Shown piece after piece: positions 25,751 to 38,400 of a stretch of 64,000 nucleotides of DNA. Made by a program: the position numbers and the translations under genes. The first letter of the stretch is position 1, and each line of letters opens with the position of its first letter. Where the stretch lies: assembly GCF_964194155.1 (NCBI RefSeq), contig NC_135892.1, positions 25,296,001 to 25,360,000 on the forward strand. The letters are read 5' to 3'. The notes beneath the pieces were generated by a model. The model was not told the DNA's origin, searched no databases, and saw nothing but the letters and a program-made list of their open reading frames with translations. The DNA is from Cetorhinus maximus. Lineage: Eukaryota.

Positions 25751-26529
25751 ATTCCAGTGTGAGCATCTGAACAGGACAAGGTGAGTTTTGATCTAAAAAT
25801 TTTTTTTTTAAATTTACCTTTGGAGTAATTAGGGCCCCAAAATTCCACAGATGTTCTTCCAGTCTCCAGCTGCAAATTCTGGGAGAGATTGGGTCCAGAG
25901 GATCTCAGTTTGGTCCAAGGACAGTCATCCAGTGTATCAGTGATGGCCATACACCAAGATAACTGAAGAAGGACAGACACCACAAAGGGCAATGTAGGCC
26001 TCATCACTGGGGCCCAGCCTGGCTTATGGGATAAAACCTCAGCGAGGACGATTTTTAAAAAAATTAGGCCTCTTGTTCAGGAGTCAATCACAGTGATGGC
26101 ACTATCTGGTCATGGCATGAGCAATACCCTTTGATGGCCACACCTGCTCCCAAGCATATAGGTAGGCAGGCACTGAAGGAATGCCCTAAGTGGCATTTGT
26201 ACCTTCCGACCCCATGCAAATGAGGTGCTCTCCCATTAACTGCAGTATTCAATAGCACTGGGGAGTAGATTTCCAACACAATCACCAGTGTCATAGTTCA
26301 TTGTATTTTGGAGCCAAGGTGTTAGGTTTTCAGACTTCTATAGATCTGTTTCCCCTTTCCCAAGGGTGACTTTTCATAGGATTAATCAGTTTGTTTCCTG
26401 CAGATATTCTGGCAAACTTACGGTGGACGAACAGGAAAGTCTCTTTGGAAATCCACCCCCCCACCCCCCCCACAATTATTTCACAGGTCGTGGACTCCAC
26501 CCATTGCCTCCGTGCAAAGCCTCAGGTAT

Positions 26530-26990
26530 CAGCTGCGGCTCAGTTAGAATAACACTCACCTCTTGAGTCAGGCAATTGTGGGAGCAAGTCTCACCCTAGG
26601 ACCCGAGCACAAAAATCAAGGCTGACACCCCACTGCAGTACTGACACCTCACTGCTGCACTGTTGGAGGTGACATATCCCGGATTAAGCATGAAACCAAG
26701 GCCTGATCTGCCTGCTCCGCTGGATGTAGAAGTCGCAAGGCACTATTTTGAAGAAAAGCCGGGGAGTTATCCCTGGTGTCTTGGCCAATATCTATCTGTA
26801 TATCAACATTCCTCAAAAACAGTTTATCTGCTTATTACCACTGTTGTTTGTGAGAGCTGGTTGTGCATAAACTGGCAGCTGCATTTCCTACATCTCAGCG
26901 GTGAATACACTTTAAAAGAAATTCATTGGCTGTAAAGTGCTTTAGGATGTCTGGTGGTGGTGAACAGTCCTGTGTAAAAGCAAGTTTTTC
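26530..26990 (+). mobile_element. Deu-domain SINE (SacSINE1-like), full length
   Basis: Head GGCTCAGTTAG...GAGTCAG; Deu core; tail ATTGGCTGTAAAGTGCTTTAGGATG. Confidence 0.8.
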
Positions 26991-27229
26991 TTAAAAATTC
27001 TCACCTTTGTGTTCAAATTCTAACCACGGCCTCTTCTCTCCTGATCTCTGTAACCACCTCCGGCCCCAGAACCCTCCGAGATCTCTGCACTTCTCCAAAT
27101 CTAGCCTTTTGCACATCCCTGATATTAATCACCCCACCATTTGTGGCTGTGCCTTCTGCTGCCCTGGCCCCAGGCTCTGGAATTCGCTCCCTAAACCTCT
27201 CTTGTCGGGAGAAAGCCTCTTCCAGTAAT

Positions 27230-27520
27230 GGGGGCTATAGTTTGGGCTGCAGCATGACTTGGAGATGGAACACAGATGGCAGAGAGGGGAAGCTATGTGC
27301 AAATGGAGGAGGAGGAGGAGGAGGGCTCTCAACAGAAGGCCCTACCCACCAAGCATCTTTAGAAGGCACTTCTCTTACCTCCACCTCAGTCAGGAGCATT
27401 TTGTGAGGTGTCTGCTTTTCATCTAGGAAGTGATTTAACTGTGCCACCTTATGTAACCGGCCTGCAGCCACACAGCAAGGTCAGGATGGCGCTACCAGTG
27501 GCTGTCAGAATACTGTGGTC
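27230..27520 (+). pseudogene. Harbinger transposase N-terminal fragment
   Basis: RRRRRALNRRPYPPSIFRRHFSYLHLSQEHFVRCL and LQPHSKVRMALPVAV, homologous to 13.7 kb. Confidence 0.7.
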
Positions 27521-27976
27521 CGAAATTTCGACACCAGCCAATCATGCCAAGCAGAAGCAGGGGACATTAGCAAAATTTCACAGTTCACCATTCATCGTGG
27601 CATCACAGAGGTATCAGAGGCCTGGTATAGAAGGAAAAGGGACTTCAACGCCTTCTCGCTGACCTGAGAGAAACAGGAGGACAGAGCATGTGGATTTTTC
27701 AGGCTGACGGGATTCCCAAAGTACAGGGTTCAATTCTCTGTATCCACGTGTCGAGAAGTACAGAATATTAAAAAAAGGGGGTAATGCTGGAATTTTACAG
27801 GACCATAATTAGACTGTACTTGGTATTGCTGTGTAGCTTTTGAGCACTCTCATATAGAAAGGATATAAAAGTAATAGAAAAGGTGCATTGTAGGCTCACC
27901 ACTGAAGGACAAGGAGATAGAGTTAGGAAGAGAATCTTGAGAAGTTTGGGCTTTTTCACTAAAGCTGCAACAAATG

Positions 27977-28230
27977 AGGGTGTGTGAGAGAGTGTGTGTG
28001 TGTGAGAGTGAGCATGTGTGTGAGTGAGCTTGTGAGTGAGCATGTGAGTGAGTGTGTGAGTGATTGTGAGAGTGAGTGATTGTGAGAGTGAGTGAGTGTA
28101 TGTGTGAGAGTGAATAAGTGTATATGAGAGTGAGTGTGTATGTCTATGTGAGAGGGTGAGAGTGAGTTAGTGTGTGTGTGCGTGAGCGAGTGTGTGAGAC
28201 AGTGAGTGACTGTATGTGAGAATGAATGAG
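27977..28230. repeat. (GT/GA)n - (GAGT)n low-complexity microsatellite
   Basis: Direct reading. Confidence 0.95.
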
Positions 28231-28240
28231 TAGCATATAA

Positions 28241-29896
28241 GTCGCCGTCTTCTGCTTGGATCCGCTGTCGGTGCGCAGACTGATCCACATCTGCGACCAG
28301 TTCGAACTGGCCTCGGGAGCCAAGGTAAATCGTGGGAAGAGCGAGGCCATGTTCTTTGGGAACTGGGCTGACCGATCCTTTGTCCCCTTCACCGTCAGGG
28401 CTGACAGCCTGAAGGTGCTGGGGATATGGTTCGGAGGGACCGGGGCATGTGTTAGAAACTGGAAGGAGCGGGTATCTATGGTGAAAAGGAAACTGGGCAT
28501 GTGGGAGCGATCCTCCCTCTCCATTGCGGGTAAGAACCTGGTCATCAGGTGTGAGGCACTCTCGCTGTTGCTGTACGTGGCGCAGGTCTGGCCCATTCCA
28601 CACTCCTGCGTGGTGGCGATCACCCGAGCCATCTTTCGCTTTATCTGGAGGTCGAAAATGGATCGTGTCCGCAGGGACGTGATGTACAAGCCTCTAGATA
28701 AAGGGGGAAAAAATGTGCCCAACATTGCCCTCATACTGATGGCCACCTTTGCGTGCAGCTGCATCAAGCTGTGCGTAGACCCTCGGTACGCAAACACCAA
28801 GTGTCACTACATGCTGAGGTTTTACCTGTCCCCCGTGTTGCGAAGGATGGGTCTGGCCACGCTGCCGCGGAACGCTCCAAGTAGTTGGACCGTGCCATAC
28901 CACCTGTCCCTGGTGGAAAATTTATGCAGAGAAACACCTTTGACCACAAGTCCATCAGGCAGTGGTCGGCACGTAACATCTTAGGGGCCCTGCGGGAAAA
29001 GGAGAGGGTGGATCCTGTGGGATGGTTCCCCAAGCAGACTGTCAAAGTCATTTGGCAGAATGCCTCATCGCCAGAACTTTCCAACAAGCACCAAGACGTA
29101 ACTTGGCTGGTGGTGAGAAAGGCCCTTCCCATCAGATCCTTCCAACACGCCAGGAGTCTCACCCCCTCTGCACGTTGCCCTCGAGGTGGTTGTGGTGGGG
29201 AAGAGACCGTTGTTCACCTCCTTGTGGATTGTGCCTTTGCAAAGAAGGTCTGGAGAGAGATGCAGTGGTTTATGTCGAGGTTCATCCCGAGCAGTTCTGT
29301 GACACAGGACTCTGCTCTACGGTCTGTTCCCAGGGACACACACCGAGACAAACATCAACTGCAGCTGGAGGATCATCAACTCGGTGAAAGACGCGCTTTG
29401 GTCTGCCCAAAACTTGTTGGTCTTCCAGCGCAAAGAGTTGTCCCTGACCAAGTGTTGCAGACTGGCACATTCCAAAGATGAGGACTACGTGCTGAGGGAC
29501 GCACTAAAGCTTGAGGCAGCCGCCGCAAAGGCGCAATGGGGAAGGGTTGCTGTCTAAGACCTTTCTGCCACAGTGCATCAAGGGACTGGGAACTGTTGAG
29601 AGCCCCTCGGGCTGCACAGCTCAAAATGAATGTAAACATTGAATACTAATTGTATTATAATTGTATTGAAGCACCTCAGAGTGCAACATGATGTATGTGG
29701 ATAACTCCAATACCATTGTCTGATTGTCTGCATTGACCATATTGAAATGATTGTAATATTCATTGATTGTATTGATGCACCTTGTGATACATGTGTAAAA
29801 GTTGAATCTGATTGTACTTTTGTGATTGTGATTTTGAAATGCTTTGGAATGTTCTTCCAGATATTTTATGAATAAAGTATATTTTTCAAAAAAAAA
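28241..29896 (+). mobile_element. Tx1-clade non-LTR retrotransposon, 5'-truncated just after YMDD
   Basis: RT C-terminus plus zf-RVT CPRGGCGGEETVVHLLVDC; AATAAA at 29871; poly(A) 29888-29896; highly similar to 60.4-61.9 kb. Confidence 0.92.
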
Positions 29897-29909
29897 GTGA
29901 AGATCACTG

Positions 29910-30297
29910 CCCTATCCTGAGATTGTGCCCCTGTGTTCTAGATTCCCCAGCCAGCAGAAACAATGTCTCAGTGTCTACCCTGTCAAGCCCCTTCCGAACC
30001 TTGAATGTTTCAATGAGATCACTTCTCATTTATCTTAAACTCCACAGAGCATAGACTCTATTTACTCAGTATTTTATCACAGGGCAGCCCTCTCATTCCA
30101 GGAACCAATCTAGTGAACCTTTGCTGTTCTGCCTCCAATATGGAGACAAAACTGTGCACAGTACTCCAGGTCTCACCAAAGCTCTATACAATTGTAGCAA
30201 GTCTTCCCCCTTCTTGTACTCCAATCCCCTTGCAGTAAAAGCCAACATGTTATTTGCCTTCCTAATTGTTTGATGTACCTGCATGCTAACTTTCTGT
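29910..30297 (-). mobile_element. CR1 3' fragment
   Basis: ORF 30093..30284 KANNMLAFTARGLEYK. Confidence 0.8.
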
Positions 30298-30354
30298 CAA
30301 AGGAATGGGGTCAGTAGCCTTACCACCTCATGGCTCCATTTGTGTGTGTCGGAC

Positions 30355-30815
30355 ATGGGTCAGTTGGTAACACTCTTGACCCTGAGTCTAAAGGTTGTGG
30401 ATTTAGCTCCACCTCAGGACTTGAGCACAAAAATCTATCCTGACACTCCAAATGCACACTAAAAGAGTGCTGCACTGTTGGAGGTGCTGTCTATTGGATG
30501 TGATGTTAAAGTGAGCCCTGTCTGCCTGCTCAAGTGGATGTAAAAGATCCCATGGCCCTATTTTGAAAAAGAGCAGGGGAATTATCCCTGGTGTCCTGGC
30601 TAATATTTATCACTCAATCAACATCACAAAATGATTCTCTGATCACTACTATCACAATGCTGCTTGTGGGAGTTTACTGAGTGCAACTTGGCTGCCCTGT
30701 TTCCTGCATTACAACAGTGGCTGCACCTCAAAGCACTTCATTGATTGTAAAGCATCTCCGCCAAAGCATCACGTGGATGTGAAAGACGCCATACAGCTGC
30801 AAGTCTTTCTTTCTT
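30355..30815 (+). mobile_element. Deu-domain SINE (SacSINE1-like)
   Basis: GATGTAAAAGATCCCATGGC...GAGCAGGGGAATTATCCCTGGTGTCCTGGC core with tRNA-like head and tail. Confidence 0.85.
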
Positions 30816-31399
30816 TCTCCCGCTGGCTGTCTATTGTGCCCACCTAACTCAGGCGATAGATCTCTTTCAATATGAAAATCAGGGTGCTCGGTTGTAAACA
30901 GGACTCTGAGGGCCAATTTAGGCCAGAACTGGTCAGAGGCTGCACAGTGAACACTTGGGCCAGTTCCAAAGAAGGTGGAATTGAAGAGCCCAGGCAAAAG
31001 AGTTGAATTCTTTTTGTGGGCTGCTGCTACCTAGGGACAACCACACGCTGCAATCGCTACCTCCCACCAACCCCCCCCCAACAATTCACCTTACTTGCAG
31101 CTGGCCTGGACCAATCTTTGAGCTGCGGGGGGCAACCATTTGGCATCCCTGCAAGATCAAAATGGATCAGGAGCCTCAAAATAACAAGGGTCCTCGTCAT
31201 CAACTGGATCAAATAGCCAGCCAGCGCAATTCCCGGTCTGTCACCAAAAAGTCAAAATAGACCCATACTGTGCCAGCTTTAGGCAAACACCTAGTAGGGC
31301 AAGTGTTGAAATTTAAAGCAAAGCTTCAAAAATATTATTGCTGTTACTAGAATCACCACGATAGCACACAAAGAAATAGTTTTCAATTCCCTTGAAACA

Positions 31400-31690
31400 T
31401 CAACAATTTGCATTTATATAACATCCTTAAGGCAGAAAAACATTCCAAGGCACTTCACAGAAGTATTTTCAGACAAAAATTGACACCCAGACAAAGGAGG
31501 TGATATTAGGGCATGTGACTAAATGCTTGGTCCAAGAAGTAGATTTGAAGCAGCGCTGTAGAGGAGGAGTGATAAGCAGAGAGGTTCAGGGAGCAAATTC
31601 TAGATCAAAGGGCCTGGAAAGCATAGCTGCCAATGATGGGGTGAAGCCAGTCAGGGAAGGCGCAAGAGGTTTACGTTAAAGGAACACAAA
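31400..31690 (-). mobile_element. L2 3' end
   Basis: Reverse complement of the L2 tail (TTGCATTTATATAACA...CCAAGGCACTTCACAG). Confidence 0.7.
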
Positions 31691-31789
31691 TTTTTACTTT
31701 GGAGAACTCTAGTTCAGCATGTTCAAATAGTAGCAATTGTGTCACACCCCAGTGTTTACTTCTCACTCAACAAAGGCGGACTATTTATA

Positions 31790-31945
31790 TAAAAGCATCA
31801 TACTGCAGAGGCTGGAGATCTGAAATAAAAACAAGGAAGTGCTGGGGGTGGGTGGGGGTGTGAAGACTCAGCAGGTCAGGCAGCAACTGGAGAGGGAAAC
31901 AGTTAACGTTTCGAGTCCAATATGACACTCCTTCAGCACTGAACA
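31790..31945 (-). mobile_element. Penelope terminal repeat with a degenerate hammerhead
   Basis: CTCAGCAGGTCAGGCAGCA...GTTAACGTTTCGAGTCC, same family as 12.2 kb. Confidence 0.75.
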
Positions 31946-32039
31946 CTCAACTGCTTTCCCAGCTCTCTCTCAACCGACTTGACTTTGTGGGGACAGGAGG
32001 AATGTCAGTCACATTTCCCTCCAGGTCAGAACCTGGAGC

Positions 32040-32456
32040 CGCCACATGTGGGCGGGCTCGGAATCCTTGCAGACCAAATAAGGGAGCAGACGCCATTGAC
32101 TTGCTGTAACCTTGTCCATGAAAAACAGAGTCACCACTTTACCCAAGAATAAACCGAAGTTGGTGCGTTTTTTTTTGGGGGGGGGGGGGGGGGGGCTCTG
32201 GTAGGCTTTTGATAATCAAATTCACCTGTGGCACTTATTAAAGGTGACTGACAGACATGTATCTCTCTCTCTCTCTGGAACAGATTGAGAGGCGAGCCCG
32301 GGGATGAGAAATGGGCGTGAGGAGCAGTCACTGGGGAGGGAGTTAAGCGGCTGGGAGTTCGAGTCCAGCCGCCATTCGGAGTGGGAGGATCAGAGCAGCG
32401 AGACGCATTGAGAGCAGTCCAGGAGTGAGTGACGAAGGGTTAGTGTCGGCTCAGCC
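32040..32456 (+). promoter_or_regulatory. Promoter / 5'UTR of the cofilin-like gene; CArG box CCAAATAAGG at 32074-32083, GC box at ~32050
   Basis: Locally CpG-rich and TE-free; perfect CC(A/T)6GG; lies directly upstream of the ATG-only exon (GCCATG|GTAAGC). Confidence 0.65.
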
Positions 32457-32459
32457 ATG
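32457..32459 (+). CDS. Cofilin-like gene exon 1 (ATG only)
   Basis: TCAGCC-ATG|GTAAGC: Kozak context plus donor. An ATG-only first coding exon is characteristic of ADF/cofilin genes. Confidence 0.8.
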
Positions 32460-35400
32460 GTAAGCAGCAGGACAGAAATACAGACTCTCTTCAGTTTGAC
32501 TGGTGCCTCAGGATTTTCCCCTGTTGGGATAATTAGCGTTTCAACGAGCACCGTCTTCCTAAAAGACGTTGTTCTCCCCCCACCCCCCCTCCTCTCCCCT
32601 TTTTGTTTTGAAGCCGAAGCTTTTTTGACCTTTATAATGTTGAAGGGAAAGCTGCTTTAGTGCGAACTTGTCAACGGGAGGGAGGGAGGGAGGGGGGGCG
32701 CTTAGCAGCGTTTCTCGTACTATGTTTTCGCTTTTTTAAGTCGGCAGCAACTTTCCTCATTAATTCTGCAAAGTTGTTCCACCCCAATTTAAACTGGGCT
32801 TTCTACCTTTTGCCTGTGGTCCTGATGAATGGTCTCTCTGCACCTCCTCTGGTGAATCTCCTGGTCTCAAACTGGGACGGCGCTTCTTCCAGCACCTTTT
32901 CAATCATGGATGTCGTTTATTTTTACCTGCGTTGAGATCCAACACCTGAACCACATTGAAATGCGCCTATTTGCAGTCTGGGAGGATGAGTTTTTATATT
33001 TAAAAACAAAAATTACAGTTCCATTTCCAAATTGGATTAATCGACTCCCAAGCTGTTTTGACTCTTGTCTTATGTGACTATCCTGGCCGACATTCCTTCC
33101 CCAAGCTAATAGGCCATTGGGCCTCATTTCATGGTTTGTTTGAATTTTTGCTTTGTTACAAAAGTAGCTGCTACATTAGTCCACTTACTAACAGTGACTC
33201 CTTCAGTCATCATTGTACATGAATTACTTTTGGTGCTTTTTTGCTTTGTGTGTAGCCGCTTTTCTCCCCTTCCCCTGGCTAGAGTTGTGCGTTGGCAGCA
33301 GAGTTGTTTTACCTGTCCAACCAGGTGTGGTAAGTGAGTCAGTACTTGCCGCAGAATGGAGGCTCGAGATAGTCCTGTAGCTAACAGAAATCTCTCTCTC
33401 CTTTTGTAGGGTTGTTAAATGTTGGAAACACACTCTCTTCCCTACCAGGCGGGGGCTGTTCAAGCAGTGCCTCTGCTGTGGGAAGATGAATAGTGCCAGC
33501 TATTGCATACATTACTCCCATGCCCCAAGTAAGCTGGTTGGCATTGCAGCATAACAGTTACTACTCTTTTCTCTCCTCCCCTCCCCCATTCGATTTGCTC
33601 TGATCAATCTGAAAAGATCACACCCAGTGTAACACTTCTGAATTTAAAACTAACACTTGCAGTTTGTTTGACAGGGTGTGGACTAGCTGCAGGGCTTGTA
33701 TGACATCTTGCATTTTATATAGTGCCTTTTACATAGTAAAATATCCCAAAATGATCATAGCTTCACATCTAGAGGAATATTCACAATGCCACATGTTTGT
33801 TTTCATACATTTCACTTGGCAACTTTGTTATAGGAAGATTGAATTTCATTTAGGGGGATTATAATGAATAATTTGGTTCATAATTTTGAATACATTTGAC
33901 TGCTGTATTTATAAATCTTGCAGTATTGGTTGACAAAAGTAAGAAAAGTACCCCAGCACCTATTTAACTCTGAGCACAAAATAGAATCAATGAGGAAGTT
34001 GAAAGCTGAAGTAATCTGATCTTTCCATTCATTCTGCTTAATTATTGATGTTTGCTATTAGACTGTTTTCCATTTTCAGCCTGCTTGAAGGAATCCAGCT
34101 GGTCAAAATGGCCATGTCATCCTGAAGCTGATGACCTGTTATCCATAGGAATAGTATCAAAGCACTTCAGAGTGTCCTGGAGAGGGGGGTGGAGGAGGAC
34201 GACACCGGGCAGCACTACACAAACTGGGTGAAATGGTTAAAGTTATGATTTCAGCAGGCTTTCAAATGCAGTAAATAAGTGGAAGAATTTGGGGGAAGAT
34301 TTCCAGAAAGCCAGATCACACTAGCAGAACACTTGCCTGGTCTTATCTTGGAGTAGAAGATTGGCAACTGTAATAGTTCACTGGGAATTCTTCCCCTTGT
34401 GTTAACTACCAATTTTAATTAATACTAGAGTGCCTGCTAAAGTATTTTTTTTTAGTTCCTGCCTTGATAATATAATTTAGTGATTCTGTTCAGTTTAGAC
34501 TCTGAACAAGACAAAATCAATGGGCTTGACAATTAATTATAGTGGATCAGGAAAGGCAAAGTACAACCCGTGTCATGAATTTCCTGTTGAAGCAGGTGAT
34601 GATGGACTTGCCATCTGGATTTTGTAATATGCACATCTTACCTGGAACAGTAAGCAAACTGTTGGATGCCAGGAATGTGTTAATGATATAAGTAGTACCA
34701 TTAGTGCTAATCTTTATTTTACTATATGTGTTAATACATTTAATGGTTGGTTCCAGATTTTAAAAAAAGAAATTAATGGTCCTCATTCAGTTTTGATGAC
34801 TAATCCAGTCATATTTGCTATGATTGTTTCTTGTGTTGTACTGATTGACTAGATTATCACCAAATGCACTTTCAGCATATTATTGAAATATTTTAATAAA
34901 GCACTTCACTTGCACTTCCTTCAATTTGGACTACTGCATTTGCTGCTCCCAATGCAGTCTCCTCTACATCAGAGAGACCAAACGCAGACTGGATGACCAC
35001 CTTGCGGAACACCTTGAGTGACAGACCTCCCTGTCGCTTGCCATTTCAGCACTCCATCCTGCACCTTTTTTTAGCTCTTGCAACTCCCTTTGTCCTTTTG
35101 TTCATGACATCTTTGTTAATGTCTCCTTTGCCCCCACCCATTGCTGGCCTTCTATCCAGCTCCACCCTCCTTAAACAGTATAAATTTCATCACATTTTTA
35201 CTTCTCTGTAGCTCTGAAGAAGGGTTATGTGGACTCAAAACATCAACTCTGTTGTTCTCTCCACTGATGCTGTTTGACCTTCTGAGTTTTTCCTGCAATT
35301 TTGGTTTTAATGAAGGGCTAGTTTTAAGGACAGAACCATGTTTTTAACGGTTCTGCTCCACAAGTAGCTAATTAAACATGTAATAACGAGTCTATGGTGG

Positions 35401-38400
35401 AATTGGAAAAACTGCTTTAAATGGAAGGGGAAAGTTACTTGGATCCATTAGATTGCAGGCTGTCCTGAAGCTACAACTAACTGCTCTTGGAGCAGTTCGT
35501 TCACTTTATAGCAAGAGCATTTAGTGCATCCTGGAACATAGGCATGAGACTTGGCCTGACACAAAATTCCACTGATTCTGAAATGAAAACATAAATACTG
35601 AAAGTACTCAGCAGGTCAAGTCCACTATAAGCCCACTGACTCCTGTAGCTTACTTGACTTAGAGTCCTTCATACTTCACTTCCTGTAAAATATTATTCTG
35701 TTCTCCCAGTTTTTCTGTTGCAATTGTTCTGATGATGCCACTTTCTATATCAGTGTTTCTAATATGTCTTCCTTTTCTCTCCACTGATTTGACAGTGCCT
35801 GGCATCATTGATGTCCATTCCATTTCATCCACTTCCCTACTTCCTGTTTTCCCCCCCCCCACCCCCCGCCCCATCCGTGATAGTTTCCTTTCTCCTTACC
35901 TTCCTCCATGCCTCCATTCAAATCTGCCACTTCCAGCATGATGTCACCAACAAGCACATCATCTCCCTCTCCTTTCAGCATTTGAAAGAACTCGTCCCTC
36001 CATGAAACCCTGGTCCACTCCTTGGTCACCCCTGACATGCCCTTCCTGTGCAAGCACAAGTGAGAATACCTGCACTCTTGTTTCCCCCCCCCCCCCATGA
36101 ACTGTCCAGGGCCCCAAACCCCCCTCCTGGGTGAAATTGCAAATTTTTTGTGCTTTCAATTTACATACTATGGTGTCCCCTACAATGGAGGGACCAAATG
36201 CAGATTGGATGACTACTTTGCAGAATGTCCATCAGTCCACAAGTTTGACCCTTAGCTTTATTCCTGTTATTTTAGTACCTCGCACCCAACATGCTTGACC
36301 GTGCTGTTCTCTGCCTCTGACACTGCTTCATTGGAACAGTGTAAACTCTGAACAGCACCTCCTTTTTGATTACACGCTTTCCAGCCTTCCAGACTCGACA
36401 TTGAGTTTAACACTTTATTCTTTCATGGGATGTGAATGTTGCTGGCAAGGCCAGTATTTGTTACCCATCCCTGATTGCCCTTGGACTGAGTGGCTTGCTA
36501 GGCCATTTCAGTGGGCAGTTAAGAGTCAATGACATTGCTATGGATCTGGAGTCACGTGCAAGCCAGGCCGAGTAAGGCTGGCAGATTTCCTTCAATTCAT
36601 AACCTCTGCTCCTCTATTTTTGCTCATCAGTTATTGATAATGATTCTGCTGTAGCCATGATTTTTGTTTCTTGTCCCATTACCACCTAATTTTTACCTTT
36701 CACCAACATCCCTTTTGTTACTTAATCTCTCTAGGCTTGCAACCCTATCACAGACCTGTCTCTACTTGTTTAAAATCTGTTGGGCCTCTTAACTTCTTTA
36801 CAGTTCTGATGAAAGGTCATTGATCTGAAACATTAACTCATCTGACCTACTGAATATCTCCAACATCTTGTTTTGAGACACAAAACAGACAATTCAACAG
36901 ACCTTGGGCGTATCATGGCATTTGGTATAAATTTGAACTGCTTTAGTGCATCTCCACTGCCACTTTTCCATCTATATAAATGTTCAAAATCACCTTGCCA
37001 CTTTGGATGTTGATGTGACTCCAACCTTGAAAAATCACATCTGCTTCCTTTTGAATATGAAGCTGTGCTGTTGCCAGACTATACTTGGGGAAAGTGTGCT
37101 AATCATTCCACTTGTATAGATTGAATGTAGCTATTGACATGAGTTAATACAGTGTTAATAAGTAACCAATTAAAGATTGATTTGTCATAGGGTAGTTTTG
37201 TCTGTGCTGATTACTGGACCTATTGCATACTGGAGTTAGCTCTTAACATGAATATGAAAATTATTGGAACTGGCCAAAGAATTGACTCCTGCCCTGATCA
37301 ACTCTTGAGTTTGCCTCAGCTCTGAATTAGCAGTGCAGGAACAGAACTCAAATCCCACCATGGCAGGGTAAAAATCTCAATTTGGATTAATTAAAAACCT
37401 GGTAATGGTGAAAGCGAATATGAAGCTTTATGAGTTGCTTAACTATGTAAAAGAAGAATTGGTTCACCAGTATCCCTTGAAGGCAGCCTGTTCTCTTTAC
37501 TCGGTCTGACTACAATCCCACACCAGTGTGGTTGATGCTTAAAACCCTCTTGAAGTGGCCTAGCAGGCCACTTGATTAGATCAAACTTTGGATGAGTATA
37601 AACACAAGCCTTTCCAGTGACTTGTCTCTCGAGAATGAATTTTCACACAAATAGTACAGGCCCTACTGAGTTGCTTCATTACTGGCTCGTGCTAACATAG
37701 GCAACTTGGAAGGTAGAGCACTTCAAAAGCACAAATGAACTTGAAAGCTTCCCATGGTGTAAGTTGTGCAGAAATGGCTTCCACCTGAATTTCCTCACTC
37801 CAGTGCAGTTACAGGGGTGGATGGGAGAAGTTGAAGAAATTCCCAGCTGTAGTGAACATAACCTCCATGGGCTACTCAGAAAAGCAGTAATTGGGACTCC
37901 TCACTGAGCTTTTACCAATATGCAATGACTTTAGGTCAATGGAGGCTTACTTGTTAAATTTACTATTACTTGATTTTTGGGTAAGCCACTGGCTAATAGG
38001 AAGTGATGAGTTTTTTGTCTTTTTTAATAGCTTAGTAACTTCTCTTGCAGCAATCTGGTATCAAAATCCATGATTCAGTCATTGAAGCCTTCAATGAAAT
38101 GAAGCTCCTGTCGCCAAAGTCAAATAAGAGAAGGAGAAAGTTTCTTCGCCTATGCATGAGTGATGATAATCAATATATCATTGTGGATGATAAATCTGAC
38201 AGTGTGCAGGAAACAAATGAAGATGACTATCTGAACCTCTTAAACCACCTCCAGCCCAATGTTGCTTGTGTTTTAATTTATGATGTCTCTTATGAAACGA
38301 AGAATTCCCTCACCAAGGAAGATCTGGTGTTCATACAGTGGTATGTATCTTAACTGTGGTAAGTCTTTTGCATGGAATGCTAGTACTAACTGGAAACAAA

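Noticed and set aside
27959-28800. His/Thr/Ser-rich ORFs of 214 and 218 aa
   Set aside because: Antisense of Tx1 plus translation of the microsatellite.
38045-38353. ORF-track 102-aa protein as a complete gene
   Set aside because: It starts at a TTG inside the splice acceptor and runs into intron 2; it is exon 2 of the spliced gene.
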